Below are positions 9,966 through 19,422 of a stretch of DNA of 64,000 bases, in pieces. The notes under the pieces were generated by a model. That model was not told the DNA's origin. It ran no database searches and worked only from the letters and a program-made list of their open reading frames with translations. The stretch's first letter is position 1; each line of letters begins with the position of its first letter. The translations under genes and the position numbers were made by a program. The stretch is from a virus (taxonomy: Duplodnaviria; Caudoviricetes), in IMG/VR virus record IMGVR_UViG_2841277917_000004, positions 1 to 64,000 of that record; one strand, written 5' to 3'.

Positions 9966-10065
9966 TGAAATCCTCTTTTTAATGGATACATAGTGATAAT
10001 TCGTGGTATTCAAGTGTTCGTTGTGATATTTGGATATTTGAATACCATCAAGGAGCTAATGACAT

Positions 10066-10353
10066 ATGAATGATTATTTTAATGAAGTAGTAAATGCCTT
10101 AACCCATGAAGATTTTCAGGTATTAGGTTGTTTATTTGATGTAAAAGCAACAGCTTCATTTAAGGCAAAAAATAAAAATAAAATAATGGAGGATACAAAC
10201 TTTAGTACTGCCGTACTTAGAAGAATAGTCAATAGGTTGATTGCTTGCCGTTTAATTGAAATATCTACAATGGTTAATGGTAAAAGGTCTTATTATCTAT
10301 CTAAGTATGGGGTTCAAGCTATTAATAATTCACTTAAAGGAGTTGTAGAGTAA
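10066..10353 (+). CDS. Small winged-helix protein, putative TubR adaptor
   Basis: wHTH-like C-terminus (LRRIVNRL...LIE......YYLSKYG); translationally coupled to tubZ. Confidence 0.55.
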   Translation: MNDYFNEVVNALTHEDFQVLGCLFDVKATASFKAKNKNKIMEDTNFSTAVLRRIVNRLIACRLIEISTMVNGKRSYYLSKYGVQAINNSLKGVVE

Positions 10354-11492
10354 TGATAGCTTTTATTGGTTGTGGGGGAGCTGGAGGTAATATTGCGGAT
10401 GAAGCATCAAAGGCTGGATTCGTCACTGGAGCAATAAACTTCTCCAAACAAGATTTGGATTCACTGGATAACGTTCAACTTAAATTACGAATACCAGGAA
10501 GTGAGGGGGTAGGTCATGATAGGGACGAAGCCAAGCGCTTATTATCAAAACATTATAAAATGTGCATAGAATGGATCGTTGAACATTTTTCAAACCCTTC
10601 TATTGAGGTAATAATTTTTGCAACTTCATCTGGTGGAGGTACTGGAAGTGCAATTACTCCAATGTTAGTAGAACTCATGAAACAAATGATGCCAGAAAAA
10701 ACATACTCAGTTATTGTAGCAACTCCAGATTTGTCTGAAGTCGATAATATTCAGGCTAATACTTTAGATACAATTGGGGAGCTGTCTGGTTTAGATATTA
10801 GTATTATTCCGTTAGATAATAATCAAATTAAAAAATATAGCAATATAGGTACTAAAAGTGAGATTTATTTACTTACTAATACTACGGTTATTAATCACTT
10901 AGCCATGCTACATGGCTATACCGAAAAAGCTTCTAAAAATGGAACATTTGACAAAAGAGATTTTAAAACTACTTTCAAGACAAAGGGAATACTTACTTTC
11001 TCAGAGTTTGATATATTTTCTACAGTAAACAATACATTTAATATATCTGCTGAATTAGTTGCCGATCGAATCCATGAAGAATGGCAGAAATCTATTTACG
11101 TACCTGTCCCTAAAGATTTTGTTACAAGAGCAGCAGTTATTTTTGATGGCAAAGAAGACATGTTGCAACATATTAATCATGAATTAATCTTCTCTTATTT
11201 TAACCAAGGTACTCCAATTGATCTTTTTGAGGGGTTTTATTCTAATCATGAAACTAATAAAATAATGACGGTGTTAAGCGGTCTACCGTGGATCAATTCA
11301 AGATTAACTCAAATTGATAATCAAATTGAAAAAAACAAAGACAAGATACAACAAATCTTTTCAAGAGAAAATCAATTCCAAGCTAAGTCTACGAATCTCT
11401 TTAAAAAACTTAGAGTTGCCAATGAAACTGAGGAGAGTAAACCATCTAGTAAATTATCTGCAATGGATATTTTGAAAAAATATCAAAACTAA
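10353..11492 (+). CDS. tubZ: Tubulin/FtsZ-family GTPase (TubZ-like)
   Basis: IGCGGAGGNI, GVGHD, and the GGGTGS tubulin signature. Confidence 0.85.
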   Translation: MIAFIGCGGAGGNIADEASKAGFVTGAINFSKQDLDSLDNVQLKLRIPGSEGVGHDRDEAKRLLSKHYKMCIEWIVEHFSNPSIEVIIFATSSGGGTGSAITPMLVELMKQMMPEKTYSVIVATPDLSEVDNIQANTLDTIGELSGLDISIIPLDNNQIKKYSNIGTKSEIYLLTNTTVINHLAMLHGYTEKASKNGTFDKRDFKTTFKTKGILTFSEFDIFSTVNNTFNISAELVADRIHEEWQKSIYVPVPKDFVTRAAVIFDGKEDMLQHINHELIFSYFNQGTPIDLFEGFYSNHETNKIMTVLSGLPWINSRLTQIDNQIEKNKDKIQQIFSRENQFQAKSTNLFKKLRVANETEESKPSSKLSAMDILKKYQN

Positions 11493-11506
11493 AAATAAAG
11501 TAATTA

Positions 11507-11540
11507 AAATACCTGTAAACACTCAGGTATTTTTTATTTT
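11507..11540 (+). terminator. Intrinsic terminator after tubZ
   Basis: AAATACCTG-taaacact-CAGGTATTT plus T-run. Confidence 0.7.
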
Positions 11541-11642
11541 TACTTGATATATGATAGAGTGTGGTGGTATTATTTAGGTAAGGGTAATTACATAATTTTA
11601 TATTATATAAATTAAAAATATATTTTATATGGAGATGATTAA

Positions 11643-12077
11643 ATGAAGGTTGATCATAGAAAGATTCTAAGAGGAGATGTTTACTTGGCTGATCTCTTTG
11701 GGAATACAGGATCAGAACAGGGTGGGAAACGACCAGTATTAGTTATACAAAATGATATTGGAAATCGTTTTAGCTCAACAGTTATTGTTGCTGCGATCAC
11801 TGCTCAGATTAAAAAGGTAAGCCAACCAACTCATGTAGCGGCAAGTGCGGTAGTGAATGAACTCGATTATGATAGTGTAGTACTAATGGAGCAAATACGT
11901 ACTATAGATAAGGCACGTCTAATTGAAAAAGTTGCTCATTTTGATGAAAAGACAATGGAACAAGTTAATTATGCAATTATGGTAAGTGTAGGATTAATTG
12001 ATAGAAAGGTAACAACTGGATTACAACCATATCAAATAGCAGCGAACATGAATTTTGAAAATACAATGGTGGTATAA
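11643..12077 (+). CDS. mazF: MazF/PemK-family endoribonuclease
   Basis: RGDVYLADL...GSEQGGKRPVLVIQNDIGN...EQIRTIDK.RL, NdoA-like; about 25-aa C-terminal extension. Confidence 0.9.
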   Translation: MKVDHRKILRGDVYLADLFGNTGSEQGGKRPVLVIQNDIGNRFSSTVIVAAITAQIKKVSQPTHVAASAVVNELDYDSVVLMEQIRTIDKARLIEKVAHFDEKTMEQVNYAIMVSVGLIDRKVTTGLQPYQIAANMNFENTMVV

Positions 12078-12092
12078 CGGAGGGAAATATTA

Positions 12093-12149
12093 ATGGGATT
12101 AGTTGTTGCAATATTCTTTTTTATAGGTTCTCAATTATTTAATAAATAA
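12093..12149 (+). CDS. 18-aa hydrophobic micropeptide MGLVVAIFFFIGSQLFNK
   Basis: Strong RBS ggaggga right after the mazF stop. Confidence 0.4.
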   Translation: MGLVVAIFFFIGSQLFNK

Positions 12150-12252
12150 GTGCTATCTGGATATCTTTAACAACTGATATAATAGTGATATAAATGCTTA
12201 TGCTTTAAGTACATAATGAAACTTTGATTTTATTGGGAAGAGGGAATGAAGT

Positions 12253-12834
12253 ATGTTGGGGAATTTGGCAAAAGATATAGTTACACTTGTTAAAGCTGAT
12301 GGTTCAATGGTTGAGAATATTAAGGCACACGTTCAACCAAAGATGATATTTATTGATGATGAAAGTCTTCCTATTGAAGAGGGGGATAAACTTTTGAGAA
12401 CCCTTCGAAATGGTCTTACAGAAAAGTATATAGTATTAGACAGAGGATATTATGAAGGGGTTCCAGGGATAAAGTCTCATTATCAAGTTAAAGTAAAGAA
12501 AGAATCTGCATTAGACTTAGAAAAAAATGTGACAACAATGAACTTTAATATTGGTTCAATTTATGGCTCAACCGTTGGGACTCAAGGTAACGCCTCGATT
12601 GTAAACACTTTTAACTTTGAAGCAGTTGACCAAATGATTGAAGAACATGGTGGAGAAGCTAAAGAAGAACTACGTCAAATGATTGATGAAATAAAGGAGT
12701 TATTCGAAGACAGTGAAAAAGTAAAGAAAGGTAGTTTGGCACAATACTCAGAAAAAATTGAAAGGCATAGTTGGATTGCTGGAGCAATTGCACAAATGGC
12801 ATTAGGCTTCTTGTCTGGTCAGATGTTTAAATAA
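12253..12834 (+). CDS. Hypothetical protein
   Basis: ORF with RBS; beta-rich N-terminus and helical C-terminus. Confidence 0.6.
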   Translation: MLGNLAKDIVTLVKADGSMVENIKAHVQPKMIFIDDESLPIEEGDKLLRTLRNGLTEKYIVLDRGYYEGVPGIKSHYQVKVKKESALDLEKNVTTMNFNIGSIYGSTVGTQGNASIVNTFNFEAVDQMIEEHGGEAKEELRQMIDEIKELFEDSEKVKKGSLAQYSEKIERHSWIAGAIAQMALGFLSGQMFK

Positions 12835-12859
12835 AATCAATATTTTATAAAGTGGGAGG

Positions 12860-13504
12860 ATGGAAGATTTGACCGCATTTAATTTTATTTATGATGAAAA
12901 ACGTATCATTGTTTGCATGGATACTCTTTCGTTAAATGAAAATAGAAGACCATTTAAATTTGTTAGTAAAATATTTCTGATACCTCACTTGAGAAGTGTA
13001 ATTTGTGGTACAGGGAACCTTGATTTAATAATGGATTGGGTAAATCAAGTTCAACGTAATATTATAGCTACTGACATTAGTTTTTTAAGTACTATTACAA
13101 CAGAGAATCTTATTAGATTATACCAAAAGTATGACTATGCAATCGGCAGCAGTACAATATATCAATTTGGATACTCCCAAATAGAGAAAAAGTTTAAAGG
13201 TTATGCATACAGAAGTACATCAGGCTTTCAAAAGGAAGAATTTCCTTATTGTTCAGCAATTAAGCCAAACACACAATTCGAGATTTATGATGAAATACAA
13301 GTTAATGGATTAGATGATGCGTTTATAAAACTTATGAAACAACAGAAAGAAGAAGATGATTGTAAACATGATCGAGTTGGAATAGGTGGGGAAATTCATA
13401 GGATTTTTATGAATGAAAAGACATGTCAACTAGATATTATTTATCGATTTTCTGACTATGAGCAATGCTACGATGAAATGCTTGAAAACCTAAAAAATCA
13501 ATGA
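12860..13504 (+). CDS. Hypothetical protein, possible Ntn-hydrolase/proteasome-beta-like fold
   Basis: Early T..F, DTLS, KIF, GTG and terminal GIGGEI pattern. Confidence 0.35.
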   Translation: MEDLTAFNFIYDEKRIIVCMDTLSLNENRRPFKFVSKIFLIPHLRSVICGTGNLDLIMDWVNQVQRNIIATDISFLSTITTENLIRLYQKYDYAIGSSTIYQFGYSQIEKKFKGYAYRSTSGFQKEEFPYCSAIKPNTQFEIYDEIQVNGLDDAFIKLMKQQKEEDDCKHDRVGIGGEIHRIFMNEKTCQLDIIYRFSDYEQCYDEMLENLKNQ

Positions 13505-13536
13505 AGGTTATTTAATTAAAAGGTAGTGAATAAGTA

Positions 13537-13824
13537 ATGATGAAAAATGTAATTATTACAACTGTCCATATCAATGGATACCCAGTGCATACTGCCTCAG
13601 TAAATGAGCCAAACAAATCTCAAATTGCCAGTTTAATACAGCAATTTAAAGAATCTTTTAAACTGGAAGGAAATTTGGTCTATCAAAAGTATGATGATTT
13701 GAAACATGGAGACAAGGCATATTCTTACTTGATGGGCGATAATAAAATATTAGTTGTTGTTCGTAGATTGCCAATACTTAAGTTCAATAAGGATTCAGAT
13801 GGATACACATTTGCAGAGATATAG
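13537..13824 (+). CDS. Hypothetical phage protein
   Basis: ORF in co-oriented array. Confidence 0.5.
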   Translation: MMKNVIITTVHINGYPVHTASVNEPNKSQIASLIQQFKESFKLEGNLVYQKYDDLKHGDKAYSYLMGDNKILVVVRRLPILKFNKDSDGYTFAEI

Positions 13825-13865
13825 TACCAATTAAAACAGCGATTTTAAGGGGGTAGAGATTAATT

Positions 13866-14384
13866 ATGTTAGAATTAGTGTATGTTGAAACTTATTCCAA
13901 TGATAAAAAGAAAATTCTTGAAAAAGAATCTGTTACTACGCCCGGTTTCAATTGTGTACTTGATGTAGCTAAATATCTTTATTTAGAACGAGAATTTGAT
14001 TTAAAACATTGCATAGACGAACATCTGATTTCAGAAGATTGGTTTGAGCATGGAGATAATTTTGCTAATGAAACTGGATACAGATACTCTAAATCCTATT
14101 ATTTCATTAACAATTTCCAAGAAATAAAGGATATTAGTTTGAAAGCAGCAATGGAAATAGTCGATGCATTATACTTGATAGAAGAACACACTCACACAAT
14201 GAGCAAAGAGGTTAATGAATTTGGAAAAAGATTTGCAAATGATGTGTATCTAGATAACATTAAATGTTCAATGGATATTGTTAGAATTAAAAAGAATGTT
14301 CTTTTGCGATATGGCTATTCTCAAGCTCAAATGACAGAAATGATAAGGTGCTTATATCACAAAAATTATCATTTTGCGAGATAA
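13866..14384 (+). CDS. Hypothetical phage protein
   Basis: ORF with RBS. Confidence 0.55.
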   Translation: MLELVYVETYSNDKKKILEKESVTTPGFNCVLDVAKYLYLEREFDLKHCIDEHLISEDWFEHGDNFANETGYRYSKSYYFINNFQEIKDISLKAAMEIVDALYLIEEHTHTMSKEVNEFGKRFANDVYLDNIKCSMDIVRIKKNVLLRYGYSQAQMTEMIRCLYHKNYHFAR

Positions 14385-14451
14385 GTAATGAAATTGGTAT
14401 TTTATTGAAACGATAATAGGTATTCTAAATTCTAAACAGAGGAGCTAGGAA

Positions 14452-15006
14452 ATGAATCTTTATAATGACATGACCGAACAAGAACTGAAACATCTGTTGG
14501 ATAATAAAATGGGAAAGTTGTTGGGTGAAGGAAATCATGGGAAAGTGTTTGAACTTGGGGACGATTATGTAATTAAGTATTTTATTGGACGTTCGTATAC
14601 TGAGGATTATGTGGCGTTAGAAGCTTTACAAGAATCAAAATTCACTCCAAGATTGTATGCGCATGTTCATGACACATATGTTGTAATGGAGAAAGTAGGA
14701 GGTATTACTCTTAGTGACTATTTAACAATAAATAAAACTCTTCCTGATGGCATAGAAACACAAGTGGAAGAACTAATTAGAGAATATGCAGAACTTGGCT
14801 GGCAATTACCTGATTTAAAAGAAAGAGAACATATTCTATGGATTGAAGAAGATCGAGCCATTAAATACATCGATTTTGGCGTGATGGACAACTTCATTAC
14901 TGTAAAGGAAAGACATCCAGAGTTTTATAAAAAAACTATCGATAATCAAGTTAAAGATTCAATAAGCGTCATTACAAAAGCTAAAGAATTTGGCATATTT
15001 GTTTAA
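14452..15006 (+). CDS. Minimal protein kinase-like enzyme
   Basis: LGEGNHGKVF, VIK, VMEKV.G, DLK...H and IDFG motifs. Confidence 0.75.
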   Translation: MNLYNDMTEQELKHLLDNKMGKLLGEGNHGKVFELGDDYVIKYFIGRSYTEDYVALEALQESKFTPRLYAHVHDTYVVMEKVGGITLSDYLTINKTLPDGIETQVEELIREYAELGWQLPDLKEREHILWIEEDRAIKYIDFGVMDNFITVKERHPEFYKKTIDNQVKDSISVITKAKEFGIFV

Positions 15007-15135
15007 TGTATTCTAGTGAGAAATTATGAAATGGGGATTTTAAGAGGAGAAAACACCGGAGGAAGATCGCAGCGTTTCCACTGAATATAATAAAAATATA
15101 ACGAGATTTAATAGCAAGCAAATCTCATAAGATAA

Positions 15136-15732
15136 ATGATTAAGGGTGGTACGATGAAACAATTAACTGATTGGGCAATACTTACACTTTATTTTGTATT
15201 TGTTTGGTTGGCTTTATTAATTACTTTGAATATTAGTAGATTTTCAATTGATAGTTTTGAAACAATCTTTACAATAGTCTTTAGCATTGGAGTATCTGTG
15301 TTATGTTTTTTTCTGGTATTTAATGTAACTATACTATTTATTAGTAAAAGAAAATGGAAAATGCCTGATAAGAACAGTTTTTATAATCCACTTTCCAAGA
15401 ACGTAGAATTACATTTAGGTAGTTCAGGAAATATTCGATCTGCTTTATTAGTAATTAATAGAGCAAGAGAACTTAAAATGAATGTATATTTTGTTACTGA
15501 TCATATTGACAGTGAGTCATTAATAAAAATTGCAAATAAGTATGGTTTTAAAATTGAAATTAGAAAGGCAACATTTATTCAAAAATTAATGTTTATACCG
15601 AAAGCTAAAATTTACAAAGTGCTTAAAAGAGCAAAATCTAGAAATTATGAATGTATTGAATGTAAAATTTTAATTAGAGAAGATAAGATACTTAAAGAAG
15701 AAAATTTTAAAGGTGTAATTAGAAATTTTTAA
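15136..15732 (+). CDS. Hypothetical membrane protein
   Basis: Two N-terminal TM segments. Confidence 0.55.
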   Translation: MIKGGTMKQLTDWAILTLYFVFVWLALLITLNISRFSIDSFETIFTIVFSIGVSVLCFFLVFNVTILFISKRKWKMPDKNSFYNPLSKNVELHLGSSGNIRSALLVINRARELKMNVYFVTDHIDSESLIKIANKYGFKIEIRKATFIQKLMFIPKAKIYKVLKRAKSRNYECIECKILIREDKILKEENFKGVIRNF

Positions 15733-15756
15733 GGAGATGAATTTCAGATAGGAACA

Positions 15757-16170
15757 TTGGAAAAAGCGATTGTTATAGCTATTAAAGCACATGCTGGTCA
15801 AGTAGATAAAGGTGGTAATCCGTACATACTGCATCCGTTAAAAGTGATGCTGAAAATGAGTACTGAAGAAGAAATGATCGTTGCTGTGCTGCATGATGTT
15901 ATCGAGGATACAAAAGTTAATGCACATGATCTGATACGAGCTGGCTTTACAGAGAGTGTTATTGATGCTGTAATTGCTTTGACAAGGCAAGACGGAGAAA
16001 CATATGTGGACTTTATTAAGCGTGCAAAATGTAACCCGATTGCAAGGAAAGTAAAAATGGAGGATATAGAAGATAACTGCGATTTGACACGTATATCCAA
16101 TCCAACTGACCAAGACTACAGTAGAATTAAGCGGTATAAGAAAGCGATTCAGGAATTGATGTCTTCATGA
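15757..16170 (+). CDS. HD-domain small alarmone hydrolase-like protein (Mesh1/SAH)
   Basis: AHAGQVDKGGNPYILHP...AVLHDVIEDT...VKMEDIEDN. Confidence 0.8.
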   Translation: MEKAIVIAIKAHAGQVDKGGNPYILHPLKVMLKMSTEEEMIVAVLHDVIEDTKVNAHDLIRAGFTESVIDAVIALTRQDGETYVDFIKRAKCNPIARKVKMEDIEDNCDLTRISNPTDQDYSRIKRYKKAIQELMSS

Positions 16171-16554
16171 ACATTAATATTCAATTTTTGATAAACTGGA
16201 GTTTAAATAAAAAACGTTACCAATAGGGGAAATAAAATGAAGGTTCCGAAATACATAAGAGAAGCTGTTATCAAGAATGCTAAAGCAAACGCAGTAGCTA
16301 TGGAAACCGATAGGATTATACGTGATTGGTTAGGAAAGAAAAAAATCTATAATAATTCTGTTATCGATATGTATATAGATAGTTGTGATATGGGGAATGA
16401 TCCTGATGGATTTATAAAATTCTTAGAAGGTGATTCATATAGAAAAGAAAATGATAGCTGGTATTGTGAGGATTAAGATTAAATAGGATAAAATACTGTT
16501 TTTATTGCCTTGCGCTCTCATTTTACTTATAATCATTTGCGGGGTGGTTATAAG

Positions 16555-17157
16555 ATGGCATTAATAGTTAAAATTTCCATTAAAGATGATAAGGGGAAAG
16601 AAACTGAACTAGAGTTACAAGAAACTGATAGCCTTTCAAAATTAGTGATCGTGCAAAATGTGTTTAATTTATTTGGTATTGATAAAGATATTTTGAAAAC
16701 AGTAAAAGAGTTTGAAAAGATAGGTAAGGCTTACAGCCATTTCTTTGCCAATATGAAGCAAGAAGAAGAGCAAACAGAAGAGAAACAAATTAATAGCGAA
16801 GAAATTCGAGGGCAAATGATTAAAGGGCTTCAAGATAATAATGAATCTCCAGTAATTCAAGAAGATCAAGATAATCAAACGAATACTGTTCCTGATAATG
16901 TTGTTCAGGTTTCAGACTATCTAACAACAGGAATTAAAGAAGATTCCAGCGGGACAAAACGCTACAAATTAAGATATGAATGTCCTATATGTATGAATAA
17001 GGGCGTTCATTATGTTTATAAAAATTCGTCCGAAACGTGGTGCCATGCTTGTGGAGTAAACATGCAAATAAAAGCAGCTCACAAAGAAGGATTTCCTAAT
17101 AGAGATTCATTCGGAAATTTTTATCGAGCAGGGGATTATTACGACTACTCTAGCTAA
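16555..17157 (+). CDS. Hypothetical protein with C-terminal Zn ribbon
   Basis: CPIC...CHAC; ATG at 16555 preceded by ggggtgg. Confidence 0.6.
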   Translation: MALIVKISIKDDKGKETELELQETDSLSKLVIVQNVFNLFGIDKDILKTVKEFEKIGKAYSHFFANMKQEEEQTEEKQINSEEIRGQMIKGLQDNNESPVIQEDQDNQTNTVPDNVVQVSDYLTTGIKEDSSGTKRYKLRYECPICMNKGVHYVYKNSSETWCHACGVNMQIKAAHKEGFPNRDSFGNFYRAGDYYDYSS

Positions 17158-17301
17158 AAGGGTAGTCGTTTGCTTAGTAATGATTGCTCTATTTGGATAT
17201 ATGAGAAAGAAATCACAATATATTAAATAAAATATTGTATATTAAGATTCCTTATGTTATAATGAAAGTGTTAGGGATTAACTGGTTGTGGAGGTAATTT
17301 T

Positions 17302-18646
17302 ATGATTTATTCAGATTATCAAGAATTGCAAGTACGTCTAAGAAATGAGATTAATATTAAAAGAAAATCTCAAGGCTTAAAATTAAACAAATTAGCTGAG
17401 CTGTTAGGGATAGATAATGTAACTAATCTTACAAGGACTCTAAGACCTAGCGATTCAATTGATAGGAAATTCAATGTAGAAATGATTGATTCCATCACAT
17501 CTATCCTATGTCTCCCAGAAGGCTATTTTTATCCTTTATCCTTTATTTTTGGGTGAGTTAAGAAGGAAAACAAAGAAAAATGAAAGTGGTACTTTTATAG
17601 AGGGAAAAACAAAAGATTTTATTAAAAGATGCTTAGACTTGTCACTGTACGATATTGTATCGGGATTGATTGAAGAAGTTATCAATGAAAAAAATACAAA
17701 AGTTATCTTTGATTTAGCGGAAGAAATATTTTCTCATGCAGAAGAAAAGTACCCTTATGATCCAAGCACTGTAAACTACAAACAACCAGAATATACTCAT
17801 GCACTGTATTTATATCAACTCATTGCAGAAAAAGAAAAAAGCTTCTCTCCACAGTTGGCAGTTTGCTACCTTAGAATTTTTTACTTGCTCAGATTCGATC
17901 CCCAACAAGTACATGAGCGATTTATCTTAATGAAAAATTTTATAAGATTTATGCCAGAGGACGAGCAATTAGTCGCTTATGAACGGGTTTGTGCTTACTA
18001 CAAGATGTATTTTAAATGGGACAAGTTATATGAAGCAGCAGTTACTTTAGAAGAATTAGCAAAAGAGAAGAATGAGGATAAATTTGGTTTTGCATTAGTC
18101 TCAAAAGGATTTGCTCTTAATGGACTTCATAAGTATAACGAGGCTCTAAAAGTTATTAATGAATATAAAAATATTAATGGGTTTGGAGAGCAAGCTATAA
18201 TTAATCAATTAATTACACAGATACATCTTGGTGACATGACCAAAGCTGATGAGCTAATTGAAATTGCATTGAGAACTCCTTCGCCCACTAAAGAATCTAC
18301 ACTTGCTATAGTTCTTGAAAAATATTCGGAAACAGGTCAAATAGATTCTGCACTAAAGTTAATGGAAAAGTGCAATCAACATTTAAATTTGGATAAGAAT
18401 GACAAAACTCATCTTGCCTTTAAAATTATGAAGTTTAAAAGAGCGGAAGGGTTAATACATATACAAAATCAAGCGTTCGAAAAAGGAATAGGTAGATTAT
18501 TAGAATCAGCAGGAATTGCAATTCATCTCAATTTAACTCTTGAGTTTGGCGAGTTAGTCGCTTTATTAAGTAAGAATATTGAAAACGCAAATGATAATCA
18601 AAAAGAGTTTTTATATAAGTTATATAAAAACAATGAAAGGAGGTGA
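17302..18646 (+). pseudogene. aimR: AimR-like (RRNPP) HTH-TPR peptide receptor, frameshifted
   Basis: HTH ORF 17302..17556 plus helical TPR-like ORF to 18646; removing one TATCCTT copy at 17530-17543 joins them into 445 aa; followed by a propeptide gene. Confidence 0.75.
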
Positions 18647-18652
18647 TCATAA

Positions 18653-18772
18653 ATGAAAAAACTATTACTTTCAATGCTTGCAGTATTGTGCCTTGTTTCG
18701 GTAGCAACAGCAGTAAGCGCAGATGCAGGTGAGCGACCAGTGGCATTAATGGACGCAGGAGAACGACCATAG
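18653..18772 (+). CDS. aimP: AimP-like secreted propeptide, 39 aa: MKKLLLSMLAVLCLVSVATAVSA-DAGERP-VALM-DAGERP
   Basis: Read manually; RBS aggaggtg; Sec signal peptide; directly after the receptor and before a terminator. Confidence 0.85.
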   Translation: MKKLLLSMLAVLCLVSVATAVSADAGERPVALMDAGERP

Positions 18773-18790
18773 AAGTACATAACTACCTTA

Positions 18791-18822
18791 AAGCCTCTCA
18801 ATATTATTTGAGAGGTTTTTTT
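18791..18822 (+). terminator. Intrinsic terminator after aimP
   Basis: AAGCCTCTCAA-tattat-TTGAGAGGTTTTTTT. Confidence 0.75.
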
Positions 18823-19026
18823 ATTGAAATTAATGTCGAATTATGTCGTAACAATTCCCTTTTAAATGTATTTTATTTCTTTTGGATGTGTGTTTAAATG
18901 TAAATAGTAATAAAGAAATAGAAATATCAGTTAAAATTGAAAATATATTAAAAAATAAATAACCAATAAAGATTCAACGTAATTAAGAGCTTTATTAAAC
19001 CAACATTGAGGGGAGAATATATATAA

Positions 19027-19422
19027 ATGTTGATTTATCTAGAAGACCATATAAATAAAATAATGTATGCAAATGGAGTTTTCTCTTTTGAAATTGATGA
19101 CTCTAGCTTTGACTTCTGTGGCTTGATAACAAATCAACATGTCATAGTAGGAACCACAAGTGGAACAGATATTGTATTAGATGTAATTAAGGCTACTGTA
19201 GTAGGGAAAGAAGTGTTCGATGAAGTAACGCATTATGAAATACATATGAATGTCCGTTTGAAATTAGGAGAGGAAGAAGAGCTTGAGGGCGTAGAGCCAG
19301 CCATATGCGCTGAGATGATGCTTTCGTATTTAAATTTAGACTGCGAATTTATTGAATTGGAATTCGGAGATTATTCTTGTGTTTATAGAGTGCTAGAGTC
19401 AGACATTAACTGGACTAATTGA
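19027..19422 (+). CDS. Acidic hypothetical protein in the aimX position
   Basis: Monocistronic between the aimP terminator and a terminator at 19418-19448. Confidence 0.55.
   Translation: MLIYLEDHINKIMYANGVFSFEIDDSSFDFCGLITNQHVIVGTTSGTDIVLDVIKATVVGKEVFDEVTHYEIHMNVRLKLGEEEELEGVEPAICAEMMLSYLNLDCEFIELEFGDYSCVYRVLESDINWTN

Noticed and set aside
10353-11492. Host cell-division ftsZ
   Set aside because: Divergent sequence, no ftsA/dcw context, paired with a small wHTH gene inside phage DNA
17486-18646. Independent 386-aa gene starting at 17486
   Set aside because: Its first residues are out-of-frame HTH sequence with no RBS; explained by the 7-bp duplication
18528-18801. Reverse-strand ORFs of 80 and 67 aa
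   Set aside because: Shadows of the plus-strand aimP, which has RBS, signal peptide and terminator
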